A DNA stretch of 64,000 nt from contig OZ249441.1 of the NCBI GenBank assembly GCA_965235115.1, positions 9,858,001-9,922,000 of the forward strand, in the 5' to 3' direction. The notes below the pieces were generated by a model, which saw only the letters and a program-made list of their open reading frames with translations, was not told the origin of the DNA and ran no database searches. Made by a program: the position numbers and the translations under genes. Position 1 is the first letter of the stretch; the number at the start of each line of letters is the position of its first letter. The DNA comes from Laetmonice hystrix. Taxonomy: Eukaryota. Below, piece by piece: positions 49,448 through 61,999 of this stretch.

Positions 49448-52070
49448 AGATTGAGAGAGCAGTGAGTCAGTAGCAGGAATGGCAGGTCACACCAAACTGC
49501 CACACCCCACGTAAATGGGGCGCCGGTTCCTCATTGCTCCAACCTTAGCCGAACATTTCCAAAAGCCCTAAGTGGAAGACGTTGTCGAGGCCGGCGGCCG
49601 GTAGTAACGGCTATGATTAGGTGGAATGTCAGCAGTCGGCTGATTGAAGGGTAAGTCAAGGTCACCAGCAGGGGGCGTTCCCGACAGGTCACGAGTCATC
49701 TTCCGTCAAAATGGTAAGAAGTCTACAACCAGCTCAACCAGTACCGGGGTAGAGAAGAGGGTGTACGTCCTCAGTGGAGTACTTGATCTAAGATTGACAC
49801 GGAAACATCCAAGGAAGGTCATCCTCATTATTTCATTTCCTATGGATTTTGAATTTTTCATAACGAGGGACAAATAACCAGTACATATCACAAAGTAAAA
49901 TTCCACCATTTGAATGAGTAATGGCAAAGAGAGTGGCGTTGGTGGGTGTGACCCATGGCTGTTGGTCAGATAGTCCCACGTGGCGGCCAGCTGGAAGGGC
50001 CTCCACCAGTCGACGGCCCCACCACGTGCACGCTGTTTGTTAAAGTTTCCGGGCCCAGTTTTCTTCCAAAGGTCAGTCTAGATCCACTGGAGTTGTCACA
50101 TCAAAGTCGTCACATCAGCTTATGTATAAAAAAGGAAGAAACGGAAAATAAGATTGTCACATCAGTATATAAAAGGGGGAAACGGAAAATAAGATTGTCA
50201 CATCAGCTTATGTTTACATAAAAAGAAGATGGGCCTGAAACGTTCAAGCTGAATGCTGCGAAACTGCTGTTGGTATTCTGCGAGTCACTTGTCATGTTTC
50301 TTGTCAGCTCTTCTCATTCAGTGACCTCCAGTCGGGACAAACCCAGAATAATATCCTGAAATCGACAAAAATATATAGAAAAACTACTTGTTATGACCTC
50401 TGGTGTGGTTAATTATACTTTCTGTGACGGTCTTTACCCCAGACCCGATCACAGAATCTCATGACATGGTCCCTCACCCCCCCCGTACTCACCCCGCCCC
50501 CCTCATCCCGTTGCCCTCTTCAATAGAACATCAGTCATTGAATTTTATCTGCACATTTCGGAGGCAGTTTGGCGTGATAATGAGCGCCCGTTTTCTCCCC
50601 GTAATATGCATGACGGTATTTTTGTCGCCACCCTTACAGAGATCAGAGAGAATTTTTATCTCCGCTGACTGAGAGAAGATGTCGGCAGGGCAAACTACCC
50701 CCTCCTCTCTCACCCCTCGACATCACACGACGCGCACGCCCTCTATCGACACGACCCTCAACTAAAGTCCTTTTTTCCGTTTTGGGTTTAAAGAAAGGTT
50801 CTTTAATGGCAACCGGGGTGTTTGAAAGTCGACCCTGTGTTTAATGGCAACCGGGGTGTTTAAAAGTTGGCCCTGTGTTTTATGAATAACGTCGGAATTG
50901 TTAAAGTTTGGATTCAACCAAAAAGTTCAGGACGGTTTGGTATTAATCGGCCGCGCTCCAAGGCATTTTAACTGGCAGTAACAGTCTCCATGGAATGAAT
51001 TATTCATGGGTGACTCCTCGGCAAGATTAAAAACATATAAAGTTTTTGTTAAAAATCGAAGGAATCGATGTGTAAGGAGGGGCAGGTTGGCTTTGTTTAG
51101 TCCAGACATCCCAGAGACAAATCACCAAATGTCTGGAGTTTAAAATATCTTTTTGGTTAGCATGGAGGAAAAGGTGGTCTACCTTCACACGAGGAGGAGG
51201 GAGGAAGTTAAAATAGCGAGTATCCGAGAAATATACAGAATATGTATACATATGTACCGGTTTTATCGTGAAGAGTTTAAGTGATGGTCTATACGACTGA
51301 CCTTACTGGGGGAGTAACGGTGTCACGTTGTCTTCTGTAATGATTAATGTGAGCACGTTTGTCCACCGAATCAGGAACCATTTACCGTAGATAACATGAT
51401 GTTGTTATTGAGACGGCAGTCTCCTTTATAATACCAGTATTGCCATTGATCTAATTTCTCCCCTCAGTTTGACGGTTGAAGGCAGTGTGTGAACGTTAGA
51501 GGGGGTTCAGGGGGTGTGTCCGGGGGTGTGTCCGGGGGTCTCAGTGGGTTGTAACACTTTGTTACTGCATCATGACACGACATTTTGTTTGACACATTTG
51601 TTTGGATGCTAAAATACCAACTAGAAAGGTCAGAACTTTGCCGTGACCTTCACCCTGGCACGGTTTGTGAGTGCCCCATCAGGCGTGGAGGTCGATACTT
51701 GGTGGCAGCGATCCGATCAAAGAGTCAATCAAAGCGGGTCCATTGATCACAAACACTGGGGTCGTGTGCACCAGAAGGAATCAACCAATCAAAGCCCACC
51801 ATCATGTCGTCATGCCGACCTGAAATAATGAGATTTGACACGTGGCGAGGACCCGCCGAGAGACTCACTGACTCTCACGTGGGGCATGCAGGTCTGGGGT
51901 TGGTACATGAGGAGGAGGGGGGGGGGGGGGGTCGATCTAGTCAAGGAACATGTGAAACGTGACTGAAGGCAGAGTTGTCAAGTGACCCTTGCACTGCCAA
52001 CATCCCGGCTTTGTTTGCAGTGACTAAACGTTAGAGTTTATAGAGAGAATGATCGAAATATTTTATTTGC

Positions 52071-52607
52071 AGTGCTTATGATCAGTGCAGCACTCCTGCA
52101 CTGGCGTTGACCGAGTGTTCGCAGTGATCATGGCCGGAATGTTCGTAGTGCCTATGATCAGTGCAGCACTCCTGCACTGGCGTTGACCGAGTGTTCGCAG
52201 TGATCGTGGCCGGAATGTTCGTAGTGCCTATGATCAGTGCAGCACTCCTGCACTGGCGTTGACCGAGTGTTCGCAGTGATCGTGGCCGGAATGTTCGTAG
52301 TGCCTATGATCAGTGCAGCACTCCTGTACTGGCGTTGACCGAGTGTTCGCAGTGATCGTGGCCAGAAGGTTCGTAGTGCCTACATATGATCAGTGCAGCA
52401 CTCCTGCACTGGCGTTGACCGAGTGTTCGCAGTGATCCTGGCCGGAATGTTCGTAGTGCCTATGATCAGTGCAGCACTCCTGTACTGGCGTTGACCGAGT
52501 GTTCGCATGCAGTGATCCTGGCCGGAATGTTTGTAGTGCCTATGATCAGTGCAGCACTCCTGTACTGGCGTTGACCGAGTGTTTGCTATGATCCTGGCCG
52601 GAATGTT
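52071..52607. repeat. 76-bp unit x7
   Basis: TGATCAGTGCAGCACTCC at 52079, 52155... Confidence 0.95.
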
Positions 52608-53725
52608 GGCCCTGTTTGGGTCTCTCCAACACTAGCTCTCCCACCCCAGAGATCAGGAGAGAGAAACCACTGTCCTGTACCCGGCCCCAATGTTTACCGT
52701 TTAAGAAGCGACCCTGGTCAGGAAGTCACTGAGTCCGCGATAACAGCAGGGACTTGAACCGACAGGCCCCAATTTTCCAGGGGGCCTACGAACGGCTCCG
52801 GTCTACCCCCAATAAATAAGCCGGTATTTGACAACAGATCCCGGTGGTTACAAGCCAGGAAATGACTGATGGCCTACACGATCAATATTGGCACAAATGG
52901 CTGTTATTGGCGATGTGGTCAATATTGGTGAGATGGCTTTTTGACCATCTGTGGCAATCTGAAGAGTAGAGCCAAGCGGGCGGGTCGGACCGACTATCCC
53001 CACCGACCGCCGGCCGTTCAGGCGGCCCGGACCGGGCCTGTATCAAGATACGCTCACCCCGGCCCAGATAGGCACACTCCCACTCTCCGGTCGATTTCCT
53101 GAAAGTCAGAAATCGATGGTATCCGAGCCAGTTGAGTGGCAGTAGTTTGAAATGGTTGAGGTTCACACTGCCCAGTGAAGGCCCACATCGTCCGCGCCAT
53201 CACACTGCGTGGACAAATTGAAATGAGTCTCCCTGCGTGAATTCTCATCTCGGCACCTCGGAGGTGAAAGGTGGCGATATCTGGGCACCATTCCATCAGT
53301 TGATGTGGCTACCCGGCCAGACGTGACAGGCAATGGTCGATATTCTGTCCCGATCACCGCGTAACTGTGATTACCAAGGCTGTACGGTACATTCACACAC
53401 TCTAACCTCCGCTTAACGTGTGGCACCCTGGCCGGGGTGGGTGGTGGGGGTGGGGTAGCTACTGTTGGAGAGACCCAAACACGGCCATTATTCCAGTAAA
53501 GATCAATGTTCAGGGCGTTTCCACAGGTAATTTCTGTCCCCGAACCAGGTGTTAAAATGTATTACTAGATTAGCAGTTCTAATCCTTCCCATATAATACA
53601 AAGGTAACACCTGATGCTTGGAGCAGCTGAATGGGCAGGCTGCCGTGGTGTTGATACGCGTGGTGCGAGCGCAATCAGAGTTGAGAGGACAGTTTGTTTC
53701 GGTTCTCTGCTGTGCCCAACTGAAC

Positions 53726-54027
53726 CACCAAACTGGTTCACATTGACTGGTTCACCTAAACTGGTTCACCTTGACTGGTTCACCTTGACTGGTTCACCTT
53801 GACTGGTTCACCTAAACTGGTTCACCTTGACTGGTTCACCTTGACTGGTTCACATTGACTGGTTCACCTAAACTGGTTCACATTGACTGGTTCGCATTGA
53901 CTGGTTCACCTTGACTGGTTCACATTGACTGGTTCACATTGACTGGTTCACATTGACTGGTTCACATTGACTGGTTCACATTGACTGGTTCACCTAAACT
54001 GGTTCACATTGACTGGTTCACATTGAG
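53726..54027. repeat. 14-15-bp array ACTGGTTCACATTG/ACTGGTTCACCTAA
   Basis: About 20 copies. Confidence 0.92.
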
Positions 54028-54292
54028 TGGTAGTTTGAAGGCAGAGCGGCTTTCAGTAGGTGTGAAAGTCAGATAGTGACGGTCGCTCCCTGACCAGGCT
54101 TCGAAGGACATGTTCTTCTGATGATGGACCTACAGACGGAGGGTGTTGGGGTGGGGTGGGGTGGAATACCCCCCTCCCCCTCCAACCTCACTGATCAGTC
54201 GGTGTAGCAGCCGGCGGCAGGCCTATCTTCCCGGTCTAGCCATTCATCACTGTCCAACACCAGACGGATAACTCCACGCCATCGCAGGCCCA

Positions 54293-54617
54293 GACTGTAG
54301 GATTACCCTGTCTAACCTGGGCCAGATTCAGGACTACCCTGTCTAAATAGGGGCGGATCCAAGACTACGCTGTCTAATCTGGGGCGGGTCCAGACTACCC
54401 TGTCTAATTGGGGGCGGATCCAAGATTACCCTGTCTAATCTTTAGAAAATAAGCTCGGTACGGCCATGCTGTATACAATAGATCAGTGATTCCCATCCTT
54501 TAGAAAACAAGCTCGGTACGGCCATGCTGTATACAATAGATCAGTGATTCCCAACCTTTAGAAAACAAGCTCGGTACGACCATGCTGTATACAATAGATC
54601 AGTGATTCTCAACCTTT
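54293..54617. repeat. Abutting ~39-bp x4 and 58-bp x3 arrays
   Basis: ACTACCCTGTCTAAT units then CTTTAGAAAAYAAGCTCGGTACG units. Confidence 0.88.
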
Positions 54618-54699
54618 GTATGGACCCCCCCCCCCCCGACCTTATTCCCATCGCGTCATCGCTCCCTCCTTTCGGAATCACGAGTCAAAGAATTCACGA

Positions 54700-56232
54700 C
54701 GACGGTGAACACATGACGACGACTCCCCTCCCCAGCCAGCCGACGGTGTACACATGACGACGACTCCCCTCCCCAGCCAGCCGACGGTGTGCACATGACG
54801 ACTCCTACCCCTCCCCAGCCAGCCGACGGTGAACACATGACGACTCCTCCCCTCCCCAGCCAGCCGGCGGTGAACACATGACGACTCCCCCAGCCCCTCC
54901 CCAGCCAGCCGACGGTGAACACATGACGACTCCCCCAGCCCCTCCCCAGCCAGCCGACGGTGAACACATGACGACTCCTCCCCTCCCCAGCCAGCCGGCG
55001 GTGAACACATGACGACTCCCCCAGCCCCTCCCCAGCCAGCCGACGGTGAACACATGACGACTCCTCCCCTCCCCAGCCAGCCGACGGTGAACACATGACG
55101 ACTCCTCCCCTCCCCAGCCAGCCGACGGTGAACACATGACGACTCCTCCCCTCCCCAGCCAGCCGACGGTGAACACATGACGACTCCCCCAGCCCCTCCC
55201 CAGCCAGCCGACGGTGAACACATGACGACTCCCCCAGCCCCTCCCCAGCCAGCCGACGGTGAACACATGACGACTCCTCCCCTCCCCAGCCAGCCGACGG
55301 TGAACACATGACGACTCCTCCCCTCCCCAGCCAGCCGACGGTGAACACATGACGACTCCCCCAGCCCCTCCCCAGCCAGCCGACGGTGAACACATGACGA
55401 CTCCTCCCCCTCCCCAGCCAGCCGACGGTGTACACATGACGACTCCTCCCCTCCCCAGCCAGCCGACGGTGTACACATGATGACTCCTCCCCTCCCCAGC
55501 CAGCCGACGGTGAACACATGACGACTCCCCCAGCCCTCCCCAGCCAGCCGACGGTGTACACATGACGACTCCCCCAGCCCCTCCCCAGCCAGCCGACGGT
55601 GTACACATGACGACTCCCCCAGCCCCTCCCCAGCCAGCCGACGGTGTACACATGACGACTCCCCCAGCCCCTCCCCAGCCAGCCGACGGTGTACACATGA
55701 CGACTCCTCTCCTCCCCAGCCAGCCGACGGTGAACACATGACGACTCCCCCAGCCCCTCCCCAGCCAGCCGACGGTGTACACATGACGACTCCCCCAGCC
55801 CCTCCCCAGCCAGCCGACGGTGTACACATGATGACTCCCCCAGCCCCTCCCCAGCCAGCCGACGGTGTACACATGAGGACTCCCCCAACCCCTCCCCAGC
55901 CAGCCGACGGTGAACACATGACGACTCCTACCCCTCCCCAGCCAGCCGACGGTGAACACATGACGACTCCCCCAGCCCCTCCCCAGCCAGCCGACGGTGT
56001 ACACATGACGACTCCCCCAGCCCCTCCCCATCCAGCCGACGGTGAACACATAACGACGACTCCCCCTCCCCAGCCAGCCGACGGTGTACACATGACGACT
56101 CCAACCCCTCCCCAGCCAGCCGACGGTGTACACATGACGACTCCCCCAGCCCCTCCCCAGCCAGCCGACGGTGTACACATGACGACTCCCCCAGCCCCTC
56201 CCCAGCCAGCCGACGGTGAACACATGACGACT
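54700..56232. repeat. 40/45-bp minisatellite, ~36 copies
   Basis: CCCTCCCCAGCCAGCCGACGGTGAACACATGACGACT units; source of 400-540-aa spurious ORFs. Confidence 0.97.
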
Positions 56233-56559
56233 TCAGGACCGTGCTCATCACACGAACCTGGTTGACGATGAGAGTGCTTAGATATAACGTCCATAGGCGC
56301 TGTGATTTGATGAATTTATGTACTGCAGTGGCTTTTATGTTGCTCGGGTCACGAGTGCCATCGGTCTCGTCATTAACGGAAAATCGCAAGGAATCAGCAT
56401 TGCAAAGCCTTGAATATGTTGTGACCGAACCCACGGAGGCCCTGTATAAGAGGTGGAATCTGTTGTGACCGAACCCACGGATCTGTTGTGACCGAACCCA
56501 CGGATCTGTTGTGACCGAACCCACGGAGGCTCTGTATAAGAGGTGGCTTGTTTTGTTCA

Positions 56560-57090
56560 CTTCACTTCTCCAGAATTAACGTCGTCTTGGTACAATTCCA
56601 GATGCAGTGCGCCTCGTAAACGTGCCAAGAATAACCATTCCAGGAGCCATTTCTTAAATTGCCCAAGGAGTGTCGACACCGTTGTGAACGATACATGGGG
56701 AGGATTTTACGCTAACTGAAACCCTCGCCAGTTGGTCAATATATCAGTTTGCCCAAGGACAGCCAGTCTTTGTGACGATTCTGATCCTTTACATTGATGA
56801 TTGTAGTGCCCAGGTCTTTATGACTTGAATCTCTAATCATCACTGTATCCAGGAACGGTTACTCTCAGTGAATGAAGATTCCATTCATTCTGTGACCAAA
56901 CGGACACTAGAAACCCCCAAACCGTCAGGTATGTGCGGCTGACACGGTCGCTCGGGCTAGTCCATATTAACACTGCAGTTGTGGATATAGACATCAAGGC
57001 ATCACTCCCTGACATTGTAATGGCATCATTGACGTGATTACAGAATGCTGATAAAATGTCGGTCATAATTGTGTCGGTGTGGGCGGCGTG
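56560..57090 (-). pseudogene. Possible decayed coding relic of unknown family
   Basis: Minus strand gives protein-like segments in shifting frames (IMTDILSAFCNHVNDAITMSGSDALMSISTTAVL...; RDSSHKDLGTTIINVKDQNRHKDWLSLGKLIY; STLLGQFKKWLLEWLFLARLRGALHLELYQDD). Not recognised. Confidence 0.25.
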
Positions 57091-57092
57091 TA

Positions 57093-57663
57093 CTGACTGC
57101 TCCAGGCTTAATAAAGTCAGTGTGAAGGCGACCCTTTCTGACTGCCCCAGGCTTAATAAAGTCAGTGTGAAGGCGACGTTTTCTGACTGCCCCAGGCTTA
57201 ATAAAGTCAGTGTGAACACGCCGCTTTCTGACTGCCCAGGCTTAATAAAGTCAGTGTGAACGCGATGTTTTCTGACTGCCCCGAGCTTAATAAAGTCAGT
57301 GTGAACACGCCGCTTTCTGGCTGCCCCAGGCTTAATAAAGTCAGTGTGAACGCAATGTTTTCTGACTGCCCCAGGCTTAATAAAGTCAGTGTGAACGCGA
57401 TGTTTTCTGACTGCTCCAGGCTTAATAAAGTCAGTGTGAACGCGATGTTTTCTGACTGCTCCAGAATTAATAAAGTCAGTGTGAACGCGATGTTTTCTGA
57501 CTGCTCCAGAATTAATAAAGTCAGTGTGAACGCAATGTTTTCTGACTGCTCCAGGCTTAATAAAGTCAGTGTGAACGCGATGTTTTCTGACTGCTCCAGG
57601 CTTAATAAAGTTAGTGTAAACGTGATGTTTTCTGACTGCTCAAGGATTAATAAAGTCAGTGTG
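57093..57663 (+). repeat. 45-bp unit x13, each containing AATAAA on the gene-sense strand
   Basis: CTGACTGCTCCAGGCTTAATAAAGTCAGTGTGAACGCGATGTTTT; 13 AATAAA hexamers counted from 57110. Confidence 0.95.
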
Positions 57664-58417
57664 AGCATACATATTGGGTGTGACAACCGTTATAACGGAG
57701 GAGGTCGTAAGGTGAAGTCCTCCATCCCGGGGACGGGGGGGGGGGGGGGGGGGGGGTCGGGGTCGGTGACTGGGAAGGGGGGGGGGGGGGTCGGCTGTAC
57801 GCAGACAGTGGGTGTAATTACACTGACATTCACACCCACCACACATCTCACGGCTAATCAGCTCGACACTGGAAACACACTGAAAGAACCTGGCGGTGCA
57901 ATTGACATTTTGACTGTCGCTGACATCGTAAACTGAAATTATTGTCAGTAAACTCAATTAGGGTCCATTGTGTTGTAGGAGTGCTATTAATAAACATGCC
58001 GGGAAAGGAATGAGAACTGGGATGATCGGAAATGTCAGTCGTTTTATTAGGATAATTTATACCCCCCCCCCCCGACCTCTACAGAAACATCCGGAAACAA
58101 GCTTATAGATAAACAGAGCTATGTTGTTCATTTTAAAGGAGCTGTGTTCATTTAACTGACAATTAATACATTTCATAGGTCACGTGATGGGAGCGGGATA
58201 TCACCTATACATCCGCTGCACTTTGCCCTACAGTTCCTCTTTGACAGGTTCATCGGGTTCAGGGGTGTGCTGCTCTGAATGAATATATAAGGAGATCTAG
58301 GGGACTCCAGAGAGTGAGATATATCGAAGGTATACCGTTCGTCGCCCGGTTTCTGTCAACAGGTGGAACTTCAGTTAGTGTCGGAGGTATGAGTGGCTGT
58401 AAGCCGGAGGGGCGGGA

Positions 58418-58995
58418 GAGGGGCGGTCCGCACCCACAGCCGGGGGAGGGGCGAGGTGGGGGAGGGGCGGTCCGCACCCACAGCCGGGGGACAGGCGAGG
58501 TGGGGGAGGGGCGGTCCGCACCCACAGCCGGGGGACGGGCGAGGTGGGGGAGGGGCGGTCCGCACCCACAGCCGGGGGACGGGCGAGGGGCGGTCCGCAC
58601 CCACAGCCGGGGGACGGGCTAGTAACGGCGGAGGGAGTGGGGAGGGGCGGTCCGCACCCACAGCCGGGGGACGGGCGAGGTGGGGGAGGGGCGGTCCGCA
58701 CCCACAGCCGGGGGACGGGGGAGGTGGGGGAGGGGCGGTCCGCACCCACAGCCAGGGGACGGGCGAGGTGGGGGAGGGGCGGTCCGCACCCACAGCCGGG
58801 GGACGGGCCGGTAGGACCGGGCGAGGGGGGCGGCCCGCACCCGCAGCCGGTGGGACGGGCTAGTAACGCCGGGGGGGGGGGGGAGGGCGGCCCGTACCCA
58901 CAGCCGGGGGACGTGCTATTAACGCCGGGAGCGGGGGGAGTGGGGGAGGGCGGCCCGTACCCACAGCCGGTGGACGGGCCGGTAGGACCGGGCGA
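58418..58995. repeat. G-rich ~44-bp minisatellite
   Basis: GGGCGGTCCGCACCCACAGCCGGGGGACGGGCGAGGTGGGGGAG units. Confidence 0.92.
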
Positions 58996-59360
58996 GGGGG
59001 GTGACGATGGTGCTGATTGATTGCCTTTCGATACGGCACTCGATGACTTCCGTGTTGTAAGTGGTGCACACAGGTACGGTGGTCCCGCTTCTGCTGGCTC
59101 CCTCCAGCGGGCGGTGGTGGCACTAGGTGAGAGTGGTGTTTGGCACCAGCACCACCACCATTAGGTGAATCCACTGAGAATCCACAATGTTGGACCTGGG
59201 ACCGACTGTTATCACACCGACCCACACCTGTTAACCGGCCGAGATTCATTGTAGCCACCACCATACAAACTGTATGGTTCACTATCCTATTACCAACACA
59301 ATCACAGCGTCTCGGCTACAGGTAATTAGATGGTGTTACCTGTGAGATGAAATAGGTTCA

Positions 59361-59658
59361 TTGGCAGGTGGGAATCCACCAAGGATATCAATGGGCAGAT
59401 GGGAATCCACCAGGGATATCAATGGGCATATGGGAATCCACCAGGGATATCAATGGGCAGGTGGGAATCCACCAGAGATATCAATGGGCAGATGGGAATC
59501 CGACAGGGATTTCAGTGGGCAGATGGGAATCCGCCAGGGATATCAATGGGCAGATGGGAATCCGCCAGGGATATCAATGGGCATATGGGAATCCGCCAGG
59601 GATATCAATGGGCAGTTGGGAATCCACCAGAGATATCAGTGGGCATATCTGAATCCGC
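59361..59658. repeat. 31-bp array ATCAATGGGCAGATGGGAATCCACCAGGGAT
   Basis: Spacing 59369 to 59400; ~9 copies. Confidence 0.92.
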
Positions 59659-59662
59659 CAGG

Positions 59663-60587
59663 GACCTCAGACATTAGGAATCATTGATCTCAGGGTGGGA
59701 CCTCAGACATTAGAAATCAGTGACCTCAGGGTGGGACCTCTGACATTAGGAACCAGTGACCTCAGGATGGGACCTCTGACATTAGGAACCAGTGACCTCA
59801 GGGTGGGACCTCAGACATTAGGAACCAGTGACCTCAGGGTGGAACTTCTGACATTAGGAACCAGTGACCTCAGGGTGGGACCTCTGACATTAGGAACCAG
59901 TGACCTCAGGGTGGGACCTCTGACATTAGGAACCAGTGACCTCAGGATGGGACCTCTGACATTAGGAACCAGTGACCTCAGGGTGGGACTTCTGACATTA
60001 GGAACCAGTGACCTCAGGGTGGAACTTCTGACATTAGGAACCAGTGACCTCAGGGTGGGACCTCTGACATTAGGAACCAGTGACCTCAGGGTGGGACCTC
60101 TGACATTAGGAACCAGTGACCTTAGGGTGGGACCTCTGACATTAGGAACCAGTGACCTCAGGGTGGGGCCTCTGACATTAGGCACCAGTGACCTCAGGGT
60201 GGGACCTCTGACATTAGGAACCAGTGACCTCAGGGTGGGACCTCTGACATTAGGAACCAGTGACCTCAGGGTGGGACCTCTGACATTAGGAACCAGTGAC
60301 CTCAGGGTGGGACCTCTGACATTAGGAACCAGTGACCTCAGGGTGGGACCTCTGACATTAGGAACCAGTGACCTCAGGGTGGGGCCTCTGACATTAGGCA
60401 CCAGTGACCTCAGGGTGGGACCTCTGACATTAGGAACCAGTGACCTCAGGGTGGGACCTCTGACATTAGGAACCAGTGACCTCAGGGTGGGACCTCGGAC
60501 ATTAGGAACCAGTGACCTCAGGGTGGGACCTCGGACATTAGGAATCAGTGACCTCAGGGTGGGACCTCAGACATTAGGAATCAGTGA
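59663..60587. repeat. 36-bp array x~25 GACATTAGGAACCAGTGACCTCAGGGTGGGACCTCT
   Basis: Spacer-less tandem copies; source of 306-aa ORF 59695. Confidence 0.97.
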
Positions 60588-61999
60588 ACTTGTGGGTCGT
60601 AACTGGGCCAGATAAGCCGCCTCAGCCAGATACCGTGCCGCGGCTATGAACCAGCCAGTCCCGTCGTGCATTGACCACGGGAGTAATCACGTCACGTGAG
60701 TGGCCGACCTCTGGCTGGTCCCCTGTCCCATTCCTCTCTATTTCCAATGGCCGAGCTTAGGACAACGTGATTCCAGCGGGAGGAGGGGAGGGGGTCCGGT
60801 GTCCTTAGGTTCTAATACCCCAATCAATACCCCCACCACCAGGGGTCAGTGGTGACGGGGACTTTTATCTCGGCAGAGGTCGCCACCTGACAGACCAGTA
60901 ATCCGGTAACAGTGGACCAGCTATGTCAGCCACTGCCAGCGGGCAGCCAGGGATGAAACAAGCGATGTCAGTTTGAAATCGGTGAGATAATTCCCTCTCT
61001 TGATTTACCGTCTCTGGTTTAGCAGTACAACTATAGACCGCCCGGCACCCGGCGCCCGCCACTCACCGCCCGCCCCCCCCCCCCCGGGTGCCCGTATCCT
61101 CGGTGGGTTAACGTCCCGGCCCCCATCCCCCGGGATCCCCGGATGACGTGAATCCTATTAGCGGCTCGTAGAGCCGTCCGTGTCCGTGCATGTAATGATA
61201 TCTGCGGATTACAGTTGGTGACAGTAATTAACAGCTCTCGACAGCCGTGGATTTTCTCCCCTAGGTGGCGTGCAAATCGTATTGAGCTTTCCATGATCAC
61301 TGCGGCATCCGTCACGTGTCCGTCACGTGTCCGTCATGTTATTGGATAGGTCGTGTGATAGGATGATATATGATAGCTGTAGTGACGGTTCTATCTCCAT
61401 ACCGTGAAGTGGCCTCCAGGGAGCCCCAAGGCCGCCAGCCCCGACACCCGGTGTAGGTACTCCAAGGCCGCCCAGACAGTGTATAATGTACGACCAGACA
61501 TGGTGATGTTATTATTGTCATTCAGCCATCAGCCTCCGGCTTTATTGGGGGTCCTCCGGCGCTGCGGGGGGTCTGAACGCAGTATCAAGGCGGTGGGGCC
61601 ACAGCTCAGGCCACTGTCCGATTGGACGCGGCGCGCTTTGATGTATACCTGAAGTATTCAGGTGTGAAAATGTGATTTCTGGGGGGAAAACTGGTGGGAA
61701 ACTCATGAAGAATTTCTAGGGAAAACTGATGGAAAATGCGTGAAGAATTTCTGAGGACAAACTGATGAAAAACTCAGGAAGAATTTCTGGGGAGAGACTG
61801 ATAGGAGACCCATTTCTGGGGAGAGACTGATGGGAGACCCATGAAGAATTTCTGGGGACAGACAGATGGAAAACTTAAGAAATAGTGGGGGGGGGGGGGG
61901 GGGGGCGAGTGGTATGGCAGTCCAACAGGTGACGTGTCATGGTGAACAATGAGAAGTTTGTCTCAGACGTCTGACGGACAGAAAGAACAGTAAGAGATC

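Noticed and set aside
53510-53532. Weaker AG|GT fusions (TTTCCACAG|GTAATT at 53526; GTACTCAG|GTAATA at 46511; TTTCATGCAG|GTGTAA at ~42117)
   Set aside because: Short or poor pyrimidine tracts or weak donors; expected by chance, unlike the two GTGAGT sites.
54656-56294. 410-, 472- and 538-aa ORFs
   Set aside because: Products of a stop-poor 40/45-bp minisatellite; open in several frames on both strands, with no domain signature.
59663-60587. 36-bp repeats resembling a CRISPR array (also the 37-bp array at 21076 and the 36-bp array at 37002)
   Set aside because: Units are head-to-tail with no unique spacers, there are no cas genes, and the context is eukaryotic.
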